64,000 bases of DNA, from contig JBBRNJ010000014.1 in the NCBI GenBank assembly GCA_038230375.1, positions 1-64,000 on the forward strand, read 5' to 3'. This DNA is from Polyangiales bacterium. GTDB lineage: Bacteria > Myxococcota_A > Polyangia > Polyangiales > Polyangiaceae. Positions 31,554-40,860 of this stretch are shown piece after piece. Both the position numbers and the translations under genes were made by a program. The notes under the pieces were generated by a model, which made no database searches, was not told the origin of the DNA, and saw nothing but the letters and a program-made list of their open reading frames with translations. Each line of letters starts with the position of its first letter. Within the stretch, counting starts at the first letter, position 1.

Positions 31554-34405
31554 TGGGCTTCTTCAGCTTCATCACCCGGGACCGTCTCAAGAAGCTCGCG
31601 TGGGGCAGCTTCCTGCTCGCCGTCGCGGGCGTGATGATATGGTTGTATGTTACACGTGTCTGGCAGGCGCCGCCGGACAAGTTCTCCTACAACTACAAGG
31701 GTGAGATCTACGAGCTGCGCTCGCCCAAGCTGCTGGGCATCGCGCTCCTCGCTCCGTACTTCCTCTGGATGATCGGGCGCAGCCTTGCGGACCTGCCGCT
31801 CATCCAGCGCATCCTCTCCGTCGCATTGCGCGTGGGGTTCGTGGTGCTGCTCGCGCTCGGCCTGTCGAAGCTCGCGCGCACCACGACCATGAGCAAGGTC
31901 GCCACGGTGTACATCGTGGACGTGTCGGAGTCCGTGCCGGACGCCGCGCTGGAGGACGCGCGCGCGGAGATCCAGAAGGGGATCGACGCAAAGCCCGAGG
32001 ACGCCGTCATCAAGGTGATCACGTTCGCGCGAAGGCCGCGCGTGGTGCCGCTGCCCGACGAAGGCAAGAAGGCCCCCGCGCTCGAGAGGCACGAGCCGCT
32101 TCCGCAAGCCGACAAGCCCGGTGAGGCGCCGAAGGACGGTAAGCCGCGCTCTGGTCTGGGCGCAGGCACCGACATCGCGAGCGCGTTGCAGCTCGCCTAT
32201 GGACTCTATCCGAAGGGATATTTGCGGCGTGCCGTGGTGATCACGGATGGCGTCCAGACCGACGGTGACGTGCTCGCCGAGGCGAACCGCGCGAAGGACT
32301 TCAACGTCCGCGTCTACACGGTCGCGTACCACCGCCCTGTCCCGGGCGAGGTCGCTCTGCGCGATCTGCGCGTACCGGACAAGGTCCGCGTGGGCGAACC
32401 GTTCAACCTGCATGCGCAGGTCTTCTCCAGCCGTCCCCAGACCGTGAAGGCGATCCTGAAGCAGGGCGAGGCGATCAACGGGCTGGACGGCGTTCGCAAC
32501 GTGGAGCTCAAGGCCGGCGAGAACGACGTGACCTTCAAGAGCGTCGTTCGCGTCGCTGGCGAGGTCACGTACGCGCTCGACTTGCTCGACATCCCCGAGG
32601 ACCGCTTCAAGGAGAACAACCGCTTCGCCGTCACCGTCGCGGTGCCTGGCCGGCCCACGGTGCTCTACGTGGAGGGCAACGTCGCGCGCGCAAGCTACCT
32701 GTCCAGCGCGCTCTCGGCGCAGGAGTTCGACGTGGACGTGCGCTCCCCGCGCGAGCTTCCCACCAGCATCCGCGAGCTCGAGCGCTACGACTTCCTCATC
32801 CTCTCGGACGCGCCCGCGGAGTCGGTGTCGCTCACGCAGCAGGACGCCATCGAGAGCTACGTGCGCGATCTTGGCGGCGGCTTCCTCTTCGCCGGCGGTG
32901 AGAGCGGCTACGGCCTTGGCGGGTGGTACCACACCACGATCGAGCGTATTTTGCCGGTCCGCATGGATGCGGAGAAGCGCCGCGACGAGCCGCAAGTCGC
33001 CATGGTCCTCGTGATCGATCGCTCCGGCTCGATGAGCGGTCTGCCGATCGAGATGGCGAAGGCAGCAGCGAAGGCCACGGCGGACACGCTGTCCGGTGAC
33101 GACCTGCTCGAAGTGATCGCGTTCGATTCGCAGCCCACGCGCGTGGTGCGAATGACGCCCGCGAAGCATCGTGCGCGCATCCAGACCGACATCGCGCGCA
33201 TCCAGGCCGGTGGCGGCACGGAGATCTTCAGCGCCCTCGATGCGAGCTATCAGACTCTCTCCGCGACGCGCGCAAAGCGCAAGCACGTCATCCTGCTCAC
33301 GGACGGTCAGGCGCCAGTGCAGGGCATCCGCGACCTCGTACAGGCCATGGCCGCCGAGGGGATCACGATCTCCAGCGTCGGGCTCGGCAGCGGCGTCGAT
33401 GAGGGCCTGCTTCGCATGGTCAGCGATCTGGGCGGCGGCCGCTTCTACAAGGTGCTCGACCCGCAGAGCCTGCCCAAGGTCTTCACGCGCGAGACCGAGA
33501 TGGTGAGCCGCTCCGCCGCAGTCGAGGAGTACTTCCAGCCGAAGGTCGTCACGACCGCTGACTTCATGCGCGGCGTGGACCTGTCTTCCGCGCCGTTCCT
33601 CCACGGCTACGTCGCGACCAAGATGAAGCCGGCGCCCGCACAGGAGCTGCTCACCAGTGAGCTCGCGGAGCCCATCCTCGCGCGATGGCACGTGGGCCTG
33701 GGCTGGTCGCTCGCATGGACCTCCGACGTGAAGAACCTCTGGGCAGTCGAGTGGCTGCGCTGGCCGGGCTACGGCCAGTTCTGGGGGCAGCTCGTTCGCG
33801 AGCACATGCGCCAGAAGCGGCGCCAGCAGCTCGACATGCGCGCGGAGATCGACCCCGCGACCGGCCACGTGAAGGCCAGCATCGACGCCATCGGCGGAGA
33901 CGATCATTTCCAGAACGGCCTCGATGGAAAGCTCACCGTGAAGGGCCCGCAGCCGAACGGCGAGACGCGGAACATCCCCATGCGCCAGACCGCGCCGGGC
34001 CGCTACGAGGCGGATTTTCCTCTCGAGCGCTACGGCTCGTTCCTGCTCCACGCATCGCTCGAGAAGACCATCGAGGACGGCAAGGGGCAGGGGCGCACCG
34101 CGCAGATCGCGGAGAGCTTCGGCCACGTCACGAACCCGTACCCGCGCGAGTACCTCGCGCTCGCGCCCGACACCGTGACCCTGTCGCGCCTGGCCGCCGC
34201 CACGAACGCTCGCACGGACCCGGACCCGAAGCTGGTGTTCGACCCGCAGGGCGAGTCGGTGCGCGACTACCAGGACCTCTGGTCCCGCTTCGTCGGCGCG
34301 GCTGCGCTGCTCTATCTGATCGATCTGTTCATGCGTCGCGTGCGCATCTTCGACCGCAAGAAGACCGCGCGTGCGGCGATCCCGCGGCGCGCAACGCAAC
34401 CGTAG
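31553..34405 (+). CDS. double-VWA domain protein with class I glutamine amidotransferase-like domain
   Basis: DVSESV and DRSGSM MIDAS motifs, YVRDLGGGFLFAGGE, LLTDG, N- and C-terminal TMs. Confidence 0.88.
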   Translation: MGFFSFITRDRLKKLAWGSFLLAVAGVMIWLYVTRVWQAPPDKFSYNYKGEIYELRSPKLLGIALLAPYFLWMIGRSLADLPLIQRILSVALRVGFVVLLALGLSKLARTTTMSKVATVYIVDVSESVPDAALEDARAEIQKGIDAKPEDAVIKVITFARRPRVVPLPDEGKKAPALERHEPLPQADKPGEAPKDGKPRSGLGAGTDIASALQLAYGLYPKGYLRRAVVITDGVQTDGDVLAEANRAKDFNVRVYTVAYHRPVPGEVALRDLRVPDKVRVGEPFNLHAQVFSSRPQTVKAILKQGEAINGLDGVRNVELKAGENDVTFKSVVRVAGEVTYALDLLDIPEDRFKENNRFAVTVAVPGRPTVLYVEGNVARASYLSSALSAQEFDVDVRSPRELPTSIRELERYDFLILSDAPAESVSLTQQDAIESYVRDLGGGFLFAGGESGYGLGGWYHTTIERILPVRMDAEKRRDEPQVAMVLVIDRSGSMSGLPIEMAKAAAKATADTLSGDDLLEVIAFDSQPTRVVRMTPAKHRARIQTDIARIQAGGGTEIFSALDASYQTLSATRAKRKHVILLTDGQAPVQGIRDLVQAMAAEGITISSVGLGSGVDEGLLRMVSDLGGGRFYKVLDPQSLPKVFTRETEMVSRSAAVEEYFQPKVVTTADFMRGVDLSSAPFLHGYVATKMKPAPAQELLTSELAEPILARWHVGLGWSLAWTSDVKNLWAVEWLRWPGYGQFWGQLVREHMRQKRRQQLDMRAEIDPATGHVKASIDAIGGDDHFQNGLDGKLTVKGPQPNGETRNIPMRQTAPGRYEADFPLERYGSFLLHASLEKTIEDGKGQGRTAQIAESFGHVTNPYPREYLALAPDTVTLSRLAAATNARTDPDPKLVFDPQGESVRDYQDLWSRFVGAAALLYLIDLFMRRVRIFDRKKTARAAIPRRATQP

Positions 34406-34425
34406 GCGGTCGCTGGGCATCCAAC

Positions 34426-34461
34426 CGGGCGTAAGTCTGGAGTTCACCGGAGTTACGCCCG
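34426..34461. terminator. intergenic hairpin (CGGGCGTAA...TTACGCCCG), possible terminator or mRNA-stabilising stem
   Basis: 9-bp perfect inverted repeat with inner TCTGG/CCGGA; no U tract. Confidence 0.4.
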
Positions 34462-34541
34462 CGCCCACCTCATCCAGCGCCGTCTCGTTGTGATGCTTCT
34501 TGGTGAAGCAGGCGAAGCGCGCTAGAAGGCCCACCTTCGCC

Positions 34542-35903
34542 ATGGCAGTCCACGTCGAAAACGACATCACCGTGAGCCGTTACGAGGACCTGCTCGTCCC
34601 GTTCACTTCTTCCGAGAAGCCGGTGACCGAGTTCCGCTGCGGCGCCGAGATGGAGAAGTTCGGCGTGCTTCCGGGCGGCGCGGTGCTCCCCTACGAAGGG
34701 CCCGCCAGCGTCCGCATGGTGATGAAGTCCCTCGAGGACGGCTATGGCTGGGTGCCCGAGTCCGAGGTCAAGGACGGCCCGGTGCTCGCGCTGCTCCGCA
34801 AGGGTGCGTCCATCACGCTGGAGCCCGGCAGCCAGTTCGAGCTCTCTGGCGCGCCCATGCTCCAGTCGCACGAGATCTGCGCCGAGTTCCGCAATCACCT
34901 CTCCGAGATCCGTCCCGTGTCGGAGCGCCTCGGCATCAAGTGGCTCGGCCTTGGGTTCCACCCGTTCTCGAAGCGTGCAGACTACACGTTCGTACCGAAG
35001 CAGCGCTACGGCGTCATGCGTGAGTACCTGCCCAAGCGCGGCTCGCTTGCGCTGGACATGATGCTGCGCACGTCCACGGTGCAGGGCAACTACGACTACA
35101 TCGACGAGAAGGACGCGATGCGGAAGCTCCGCGTCGGGCTCCGCCTCTCCGCCGTCACCACGGCCATGTTCGCGAACAGCCCGTTCTACGAGGGCAAGCC
35201 CTTCGGCGGTAAGAGCTTCCGCGCCAAGGTGTGGGTCAACATGGATCCGGATCGCTCCGGCCTGGTGCCCTCGTGCTGGAACGAGAAGGCGACCTACCGC
35301 GACTACATCGAGTGGGCGCTCTCCGCGCCGATGTTCATGTTCAAGCGCGGCGACGAGATGCTCGCGAACACCGGCCAGACGTTCCGCAGCTTCTTCACGG
35401 ACGGCTTCCAGGGTCACAAGCCGCTCATGAGCGACTGGCTCACGCACCTGAACACGCTCTTCCCGGAGGTCCGCCTCAAGAAGACGATCGAGGTGCGCGG
35501 CGCGGATTCGCAGGGCGGGGCCACGGCGTGCGCGCTCCCGGCGCTCTACCTTGGGATCTACTACGACGACAAGGCGCTCGCAGAGGCCGAGGCTCTGACA
35601 GCCGACTTCACCCACGACGAGGTGGAGGCAAGCCGGCAGCACGTCTGGGACAAGGGGCTCTCGGCGCCGTTCCGCGGCAAGACGCTCCTACCGCTCGCGC
35701 AGCGCCTGCTGGAGATCGCCGAGGGCGGCCTCGAGCGACGCGCGTTCAAGTCGACGAAGGGCAACGACGAACGCGTGCATCTTGCACGTATCAAGACGCT
35801 GCTCGCGAAGGGCCAGTGCCCCGCGGACGCGCTGCTGGAGAACCTGCCCGAGGGCGATCTCACCGAAGAGATCATTCGCCGCACGAACCTACACCAGGGT
35901 TGA
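34542..35903 (+). CDS. gshA: glutamate--cysteine ligase (plant/alphaproteobacterial type)
   Basis: GAEMEKF, ITLEPGSQFELSG, DMMLRTSTVQ, FANSPF, HLNTLFPEVRLK, EVRGAD. Confidence 0.9.
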   Translation: MAVHVENDITVSRYEDLLVPFTSSEKPVTEFRCGAEMEKFGVLPGGAVLPYEGPASVRMVMKSLEDGYGWVPESEVKDGPVLALLRKGASITLEPGSQFELSGAPMLQSHEICAEFRNHLSEIRPVSERLGIKWLGLGFHPFSKRADYTFVPKQRYGVMREYLPKRGSLALDMMLRTSTVQGNYDYIDEKDAMRKLRVGLRLSAVTTAMFANSPFYEGKPFGGKSFRAKVWVNMDPDRSGLVPSCWNEKATYRDYIEWALSAPMFMFKRGDEMLANTGQTFRSFFTDGFQGHKPLMSDWLTHLNTLFPEVRLKKTIEVRGADSQGGATACALPALYLGIYYDDKALAEAEALTADFTHDEVEASRQHVWDKGLSAPFRGKTLLPLAQRLLEIAEGGLERRAFKSTKGNDERVHLARIKTLLAKGQCPADALLENLPEGDLTEEIIRRTNLHQG

Positions 35904-35905
35904 AA

Positions 35906-36535
35906 CTACCTGGCACCGTCGACGGCCCGCAGCGCGGCGATCAGGGTGCGGACGAGGGTGGGATCTTTTTTTCCCGGAGCGGACTCTACTCCGCTGGCTA
36001 CGTCGATGCAGAACGGGTGGACGGCGGTGATGGCTTGCGCGACGTTGTCGGGGTTGAGGCCTCCTGCGAGGGAGAGCTTTCGTTCGCGGGCTAGTGGGGC
36101 GACCAGGGTGAAGTCGACCAGGGTGCCGGTGCCTCCGAGCTTGTTGGGGACGTAGGCGTCTACGAGGAGGTGATCGCCTTTGAAGGTTCGGGCGCGTGTG
36201 ATGTCGGCTTCGGTTCTCACGCGGATGGCTTTGTAGGCGTGGGGTAGGAGCGGTTCGAGATCTTCGGGGAGCTCGTCTCCGTGGAGCTGTAGGCAGCCGA
36301 GGCCGAGGCGTGTTCGGAGCGCGAGCATGTCTGGCACCGAGAGGTTTGCGACCACGCCTACCACCAGCACGTTGGTGTCACGTAGGGCGGCGACGATCTT
36401 GGCGGCGAGGTCCTCGCTGATGTGGCGTGGGCTCTCGGGTATGAAGTTGAGGCCGATCGAGGAGGCGCCGCTTGCTACGCACATCTCGGCGTCGGCGACG
36501 GTGGTCACGCCGCAGATCTTGACGTGCGTCGCCAT
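35906..36535 (-). CDS. trpF: phosphoribosylanthranilate isomerase
   Basis: VKICGVT, SPR, QLHGDE, GGTG, LAGGLNPDNV, DVASGVE. Confidence 0.95.
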   Translation of the reverse strand: MATHVKICGVTTVADAEMCVASGASSIGLNFIPESPRHISEDLAAKIVAALRDTNVLVVGVVANLSVPDMLALRTRLGLGCLQLHGDELPEDLEPLLPHAYKAIRVRTEADITRARTFKGDHLLVDAYVPNKLGGTGTLVDFTLVAPLARERKLSLAGGLNPDNVAQAITAVHPFCIDVASGVESAPGKKDPTLVRTLIAALRAVDGAR

Positions 36536-36542
36536 GGCTCGA

Positions 36543-36935
36543 CTAGGCCGTTTCGGGCATCTTCAGCAGCTCTCGCACCTTTGCAATCACCACCTGCGCG
36601 ACGATTGGCTTGGTGATGTACGCGTTGGCGCCGAGCGCCATGGCCCGTCCGCGATCCTCTTCCGACGCCTCTGTCGTGATGACGACGATGGGCACGTCCT
36701 TGTGGGTCGGGTCCAGCCGGACGCGGCGAACCAGCTTCAGACCGTCCATGATCGGCATGTTGATGTCGGTCAGGATGATGTCGAACTTGCCGGTGGCGAG
36801 CTTGCGCAGCCCGTCGACGCCGTCGTCCGCTTCCGTGACGCGCATCTTCGGAATGCGGGTGAGCGCGAACACGATGAGCTGGCGCATCATCGGCGAGTCT
36901 TCCACGACCAGGGCGTGCTTCTCCGACAAGATCAC
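36543..36935 (-). CDS. CheY-like response regulator
   Basis: LVVEDS, TDINMPIMDG, VITTE, YITKP. Confidence 0.92.
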   Translation of the reverse strand: MILSEKHALVVEDSPMMRQLIVFALTRIPKMRVTEADDGVDGLRKLATGKFDIILTDINMPIMDGLKLVRRVRLDPTHKDVPIVVITTEASEEDRGRAMALGANAYITKPIVAQVVIAKVRELLKMPETA

Positions 36936-36951
36936 TCTTTTCTACACGACT

Positions 36952-37485
36952 TCAAAGCGGACCGCCATCACGCAGCCTGCGCCGTGCGCCGCCGTCGGAC
37001 ATATCCGTGTTGCCAGCGCCGCCACCATCGGGGCGGGGCGCGTAATAAAGCGGCACCATGATCATCACGTCCTTGTCGAGCGCGTCGAATCCGAACGTCT
37101 CCGCGGTATGCCGCAAGCAGTCGAGCGTGTCGTTCGAGAGCGTCGAGCCGGACACCTTCGCCTCCTTCACGTGACCGTCAGCTGCAATCGAGAGCGTGAG
37201 CTCCGTCCCGCCTTTCTCATCCGGGTGCGTCGCGAGCGCCGTCGCGTAGCAGGCCGCGAGCTTGGGGCGGAGCGCTGTTGTTCCGTGCTCGATGCCCAGG
37301 TTGCGTGGGCGTCCCTTTGCGGACTTTTGCCCGCCGTCATCCGGGGAGCTGCTGGCGTCGTCCCCAGCGTCGTCGGCAAAGGCTACTGCGGCGTCCTGTG
37401 GTGAGAGCTCAGCGGTCTTCTTGCACGCGGCGCAGAGCGAGAGGCCGAGGAGCACCGACATGCCGAGAGCCTGCGCACGAAACAT
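36952..37485 (-). CDS. AgmX/PglI C-terminal (TonB-C-like) domain lipoprotein
   Basis: CAAC lipobox; LAACY..AL..P..G...L.I..DGHV...C pattern. Confidence 0.7.
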   Translation of the reverse strand: MFRAQALGMSVLLGLSLCAACKKTAELSPQDAAVAFADDAGDDASSSPDDGGQKSAKGRPRNLGIEHGTTALRPKLAACYATALATHPDEKGGTELTLSIAADGHVKEAKVSGSTLSNDTLDCLRHTAETFGFDALDKDVMIMVPLYYAPRPDGGGAGNTDMSDGGARRRLRDGGPL

Positions 37486-37487
37486 CT

Positions 37488-38555
37488 TCAGGCTCGCAGC
37501 CATAGCGAGAGCTCGCCCGCGATGATCTTCGGCACGGTGCGCAGCGCGGTGAGATCCTTGCAGCCGGTGAGCAGCATCGCCGTTGCGAGCTCGCGCTCCA
37601 GCCGGTCGAAGAAGCCAAGGGCCCCGGCGCGACCGCCGGACTCGAGCGCCATGAGGGCAGCACGCGCGACGCCCACCAGGTTCGCGCCGAGCGTGATCGC
37701 CTTCGCGATGTCGAGCCCGTTCGCCACGCCGCCTGTGGCGATCAGCGTGTCGAAGCCCAGCGGCGCAAGCATGCCCACGCTCGCAGCCGTGGGGATCCCC
37801 CAGTCCCAGTAGAGCTCGCCGAGCGCACGCGCGGGCGCGTCTCCTGCAGCTTCCGCGCGCTTGGTCTCGACCCCGACCCAGGACGTCCCGCCCGCGCCGG
37901 ACACGTCCACGTGCCTCACGCCAACGCTGGCGAGTCGCGCGCCCGTCGCGCGGGAGATGCCGCAGCCCGTCTCCTTTGCGATGATCGGGCGGTCGAGCTC
38001 CTTCACGAGCCGCTCGATGGTGGCGAGGCCGCCGCGGAAATCACGGTCACCGCCAGCCTGCACCAGCTCCATCGCCGGATTCAGGTGAATGCACATCGCG
38101 TCGGCGCCGATCTCGTGCGCGAGCGTGCGCACCTCCTCGGTGCTCATGGAGCGCGCCTGCACGACGCCAACGTTGCCGAGCACCAGCGTGGTGGGCGCGA
38201 TGTCACGCACGCGATACGTGGAGGCAGACTCCTTGCGCACGTGCATCGCCCGCTGGCTTCCCACGCCGAACGCGTAGCCCCGCTGCTCTGCGATCTCCGC
38301 GAGCTCGCGGTTCACCTTCGCAGCGCGCTCGGTCCCGCCGGTCATCGCCGCGATCAGGATGGGCGCGCGGAGCGGCTTGCCGAGGATCGTGCACGCGAGC
38401 GAGACGTCCTCGACGGCGAGATCTGGCAGCGCCTCGTGAATGAGTCGCACGTCGGCGAACAGCGGCCCCTTCGCCTTGAAGGCCACTTCGTCGGTGGCGC
38501 AGAGCGCGAGGTGATCGGCTTTGCGCTGGGGGAGCTCGGCAGGGTTCTCGGTCAT
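37488..38555 (-). CDS. fni: type 2 isopentenyl-diphosphate isomerase (FMN-dependent)
   Basis: RKADHL, AMTGG, GSQR, HLNPAMELVQ, KETGCG, GAGGTSW, WGIPTA. Confidence 0.95.
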   Translation of the reverse strand: MTENPAELPQRKADHLALCATDEVAFKAKGPLFADVRLIHEALPDLAVEDVSLACTILGKPLRAPILIAAMTGGTERAAKVNRELAEIAEQRGYAFGVGSQRAMHVRKESASTYRVRDIAPTTLVLGNVGVVQARSMSTEEVRTLAHEIGADAMCIHLNPAMELVQAGGDRDFRGGLATIERLVKELDRPIIAKETGCGISRATGARLASVGVRHVDVSGAGGTSWVGVETKRAEAAGDAPARALGELYWDWGIPTAASVGMLAPLGFDTLIATGGVANGLDIAKAITLGANLVGVARAALMALESGGRAGALGFFDRLERELATAMLLTGCKDLTALRTVPKIIAGELSLWLRA

Positions 38556-38627
38556 CGGGAAGTCATAGAGTCTTCAAAGAAAATTGAAAGTATCTGGAAT
38601 GTTTCGCAAAATATCCACAAACCATCG

Positions 38628-38656
38628 TTGACAGCCGAACCGCCTATCCCTACATA
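38628..38656 (+). promoter_or_regulatory. sigma70-type promoter of the mevalonate operon
   Basis: TTGACA-17 nt-TACATA, preceded by an AT-rich tract (38565-38620). Confidence 0.7.
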
Positions 38657-38662
38657 AAAGCC

Positions 38663-38797
38663 GTTCGGGGGCAGCCCCGGGCCGTTCGACGAAAGCGTGC
38701 TAACCGACCGTCGCGCGAATGCGTAATGCCTGTAGTAGGCGAGCACTTAGCACGGCCGCCGACAGCTCGAAATCCCGGAAGCCCTCTCGCTGCCATC
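38663..38797 (+). ncRNA. candidate structured 5' leader or sRNA (unassigned)
   Basis: Four nested helices read by eye; see findings. Confidence 0.4.
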
Positions 38798-38800
38798 TCC

Positions 38801-39880
38801 ATGTCCGACGACCGACACGACCGCGTTGCCTTCGAGGCCCACCTGGCGCACACCAAGGTGGTCGTGGACCGCGCGCTCGGTGAGCTGCTCGAGACGGAGC
38901 TCGCGTTCGTGGGTGGCATCCGCGCGGACCTCGCACATGCGATCGGGTGTGTGAAGGAGCTCGCCCTTCGCGGCGGCAAGCGCTTTCGCGCTGGGCTCTC
39001 CGCTGCTGCATACCTCGGATACGGGGGAAAAGACTGGGCCGGATGCGTCCCAGCCCTCGTGTCGCTCGAGCTGCTACAAGTCTACCTCCTCATCCACGAC
39101 GACTGGATGGACGGCGATGAGATCCGCAGAGGCGGCAAGAGCGTACCTGCCATGATGCGCGAAGGTTATGGAGCGAAGCAGGCGGATGCCTGGTCGATCC
39201 TTGCCGGCGACTACGCGTGCGCGCTCGCGCAGAAGGCCCTCGCGGGCGCGGAGCCGTCGAACATGGCGGCGGCCGTCGCGTGCTTCGGCGACATGCAGCG
39301 CGACGTGGTCCTGGGACAGATGCTCGACGTGGCGCCGCTCGAGGTGTTGGGAGCGCGGGCCGAGGGGCAATCGCCCGCCGATCTCTCACCGATCGAGACC
39401 GTCTATCGGCTCAAGACCGGCGCGTACACGGTTCGCGGCCCTCTCGCGCTGGGCGCGATCCTCGCGGGCGCCAGCCCGGAGCGCGTTTCGCGTCTCGCGC
39501 GCTTCGCCGATGCCGTTGGCGTGGCCTTCCAGCTCACCGACGACCTGCTGTCCACGTTCGGCACGAAGGACGACACCGGAAAGCCTGCGTACGGCGATCT
39601 GCGCGAGGGCAAGCTGACGTGGCTGGTCCTCAGGGCCATGGATGACGCTCGCGTTCGCGAGGCGATGCCCGGCACCTTCGGCGTGCGCGACGACTCGGAC
39701 GAGAAGCTCGGTGCGCTTGCACAGGCGATCGAGGCATCGGGCGCAAAGGCCGCGAGCATCGCGCGCGCGCAGGAGCTCTCCCGTGAGGCCCGCGCCGCGT
39801 TGCCGTCCCTGGAGCTGCCGGCACAGACAGCGCAGCTCCTTTCCGGCGCCGTCGTCGCGCTCACGGAGCGCGCGTCATGA
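38801..39880 (+). CDS. polyprenyl (GGPP-type, IdsA-like) diphosphate synthase
   Basis: GGKRFR, IHDDWMDGDEIRRG, GQMLD, KTGAYT, AFQLTDDLL, DLREGK. Confidence 0.92.
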   Translation: MSDDRHDRVAFEAHLAHTKVVVDRALGELLETELAFVGGIRADLAHAIGCVKELALRGGKRFRAGLSAAAYLGYGGKDWAGCVPALVSLELLQVYLLIHDDWMDGDEIRRGGKSVPAMMREGYGAKQADAWSILAGDYACALAQKALAGAEPSNMAAAVACFGDMQRDVVLGQMLDVAPLEVLGARAEGQSPADLSPIETVYRLKTGAYTVRGPLALGAILAGASPERVSRLARFADAVGVAFQLTDDLLSTFGTKDDTGKPAYGDLREGKLTWLVLRAMDDARVREAMPGTFGVRDDSDEKLGALAQAIEASGAKAASIARAQELSREARAALPSLELPAQTAQLLSGAVVALTERAS

Positions 39881-40860
39881 GCCGCCATCGCGCCCTTGGC
39901 AAGGTGATCCTGAACGGCGAGCACGCGGTCGTCTACGGCGTGCCTGCGATCGCCGTCGGCATCGACACGGGTGCGTGGGCAGAGTCGTCGCCCGCCGCAG
40001 AGTCCACGCTGTACGTGCGCGGCTGGGACATCACCGTGCACGAGACCATGCCCAGCACCGAGGAGGACCGCAACAACGAGCCCCCGCTCGCCCGCGCGTT
40101 CCGCAACATCCTCGAGGAGACCCGCTCGCGGCAGCGCGCGCAGGGCGCTACCGTCATCGCAAACGTGAGCGTCGTTGCGGAGGCGGACCTCCCGCCGGGC
40201 GGTGGTCTTGGATGCTCCGCGGCGATCGGCGTGGCGGTCGCACGCGCGCTCGAGCCTCGCGCCAGCGGCGATGAGATCGCGAGCCGCGTGATGGCGTGGG
40301 AGCGCGTCTTCCACGGCAATCCCTCCGGCATCGACGCCGCCGTCTCCGCGAGCGGTGGCTGCGTCTACTTCCGTCGCGGCAAGCCCATGGAGCGCGTGTC
40401 GCTGAAGGCGCCGCTCATCCTCGCCATCGGCAACACCGGCATCGCGTCGAGCACGAAGACCATGGTGGAGGTCGTCGCACGCCAGTTCGAGCAGAAGCGA
40501 GAGACCACCGAGCGCGCCTTCGAAGGCATCCGTGTCCTCGTAGAGAACGCGCGGCACGCGATCACCGCGGGCGATCTGGCTGCCCTCGGCAAGCTCCTCG
40601 ACCTCAACCAGATGCTCCTCGCCGGCCTGTTCGTGTCCAGCGAGGACATCGAGCGCATGTGCGGGTCCGCCCGCGATCACGGCGCGCTCGGCGCAAAGCT
40701 CACGGGAGCCGGTGGTGGCGGCAGCGTTGTCGCGCTCGCGCCCAGCGCGGACACGGCCTCGCGCATCGTCTCCGCATGGAGGAACGACGGCTTCTCCGGC
40801 TTCGTCACCACTGTCGGCCAGGAACCCTGCGCGGTCACCTACGGGGAGTCCTCGCCATGA
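39877..40860 (+). CDS. mvk: mevalonate kinase
   Basis: GKVILNGEHAVVYG, PPGGGLGCSAA, HGNPSGID, AKLTGAGGGG. Confidence 0.93.
   Translation: MSRHRALGKVILNGEHAVVYGVPAIAVGIDTGAWAESSPAAESTLYVRGWDITVHETMPSTEEDRNNEPPLARAFRNILEETRSRQRAQGATVIANVSVVAEADLPPGGGLGCSAAIGVAVARALEPRASGDEIASRVMAWERVFHGNPSGIDAAVSASGGCVYFRRGKPMERVSLKAPLILAIGNTGIASSTKTMVEVVARQFEQKRETTERAFEGIRVLVENARHAITAGDLAALGKLLDLNQMLLAGLFVSSEDIERMCGSARDHGALGAKLTGAGGGGSVVALAPSADTASRIVSAWRNDGFSGFVTTVGQEPCAVTYGESSP

Noticed and set aside
38696..38754. CIRCE (HrcA) operator
   Set aside because: The GTGCTAA and TTAGCAC half-sites are in reverse order and 43 bp apart, unlike TTAGCACTC-N9-GAGTGCTAA.
38667..38800. tmRNA (GGGGGC...TTCGAC start)
   Set aside because: Far too short, with no tag ORF and no tRNA-like 3' end with CCA.
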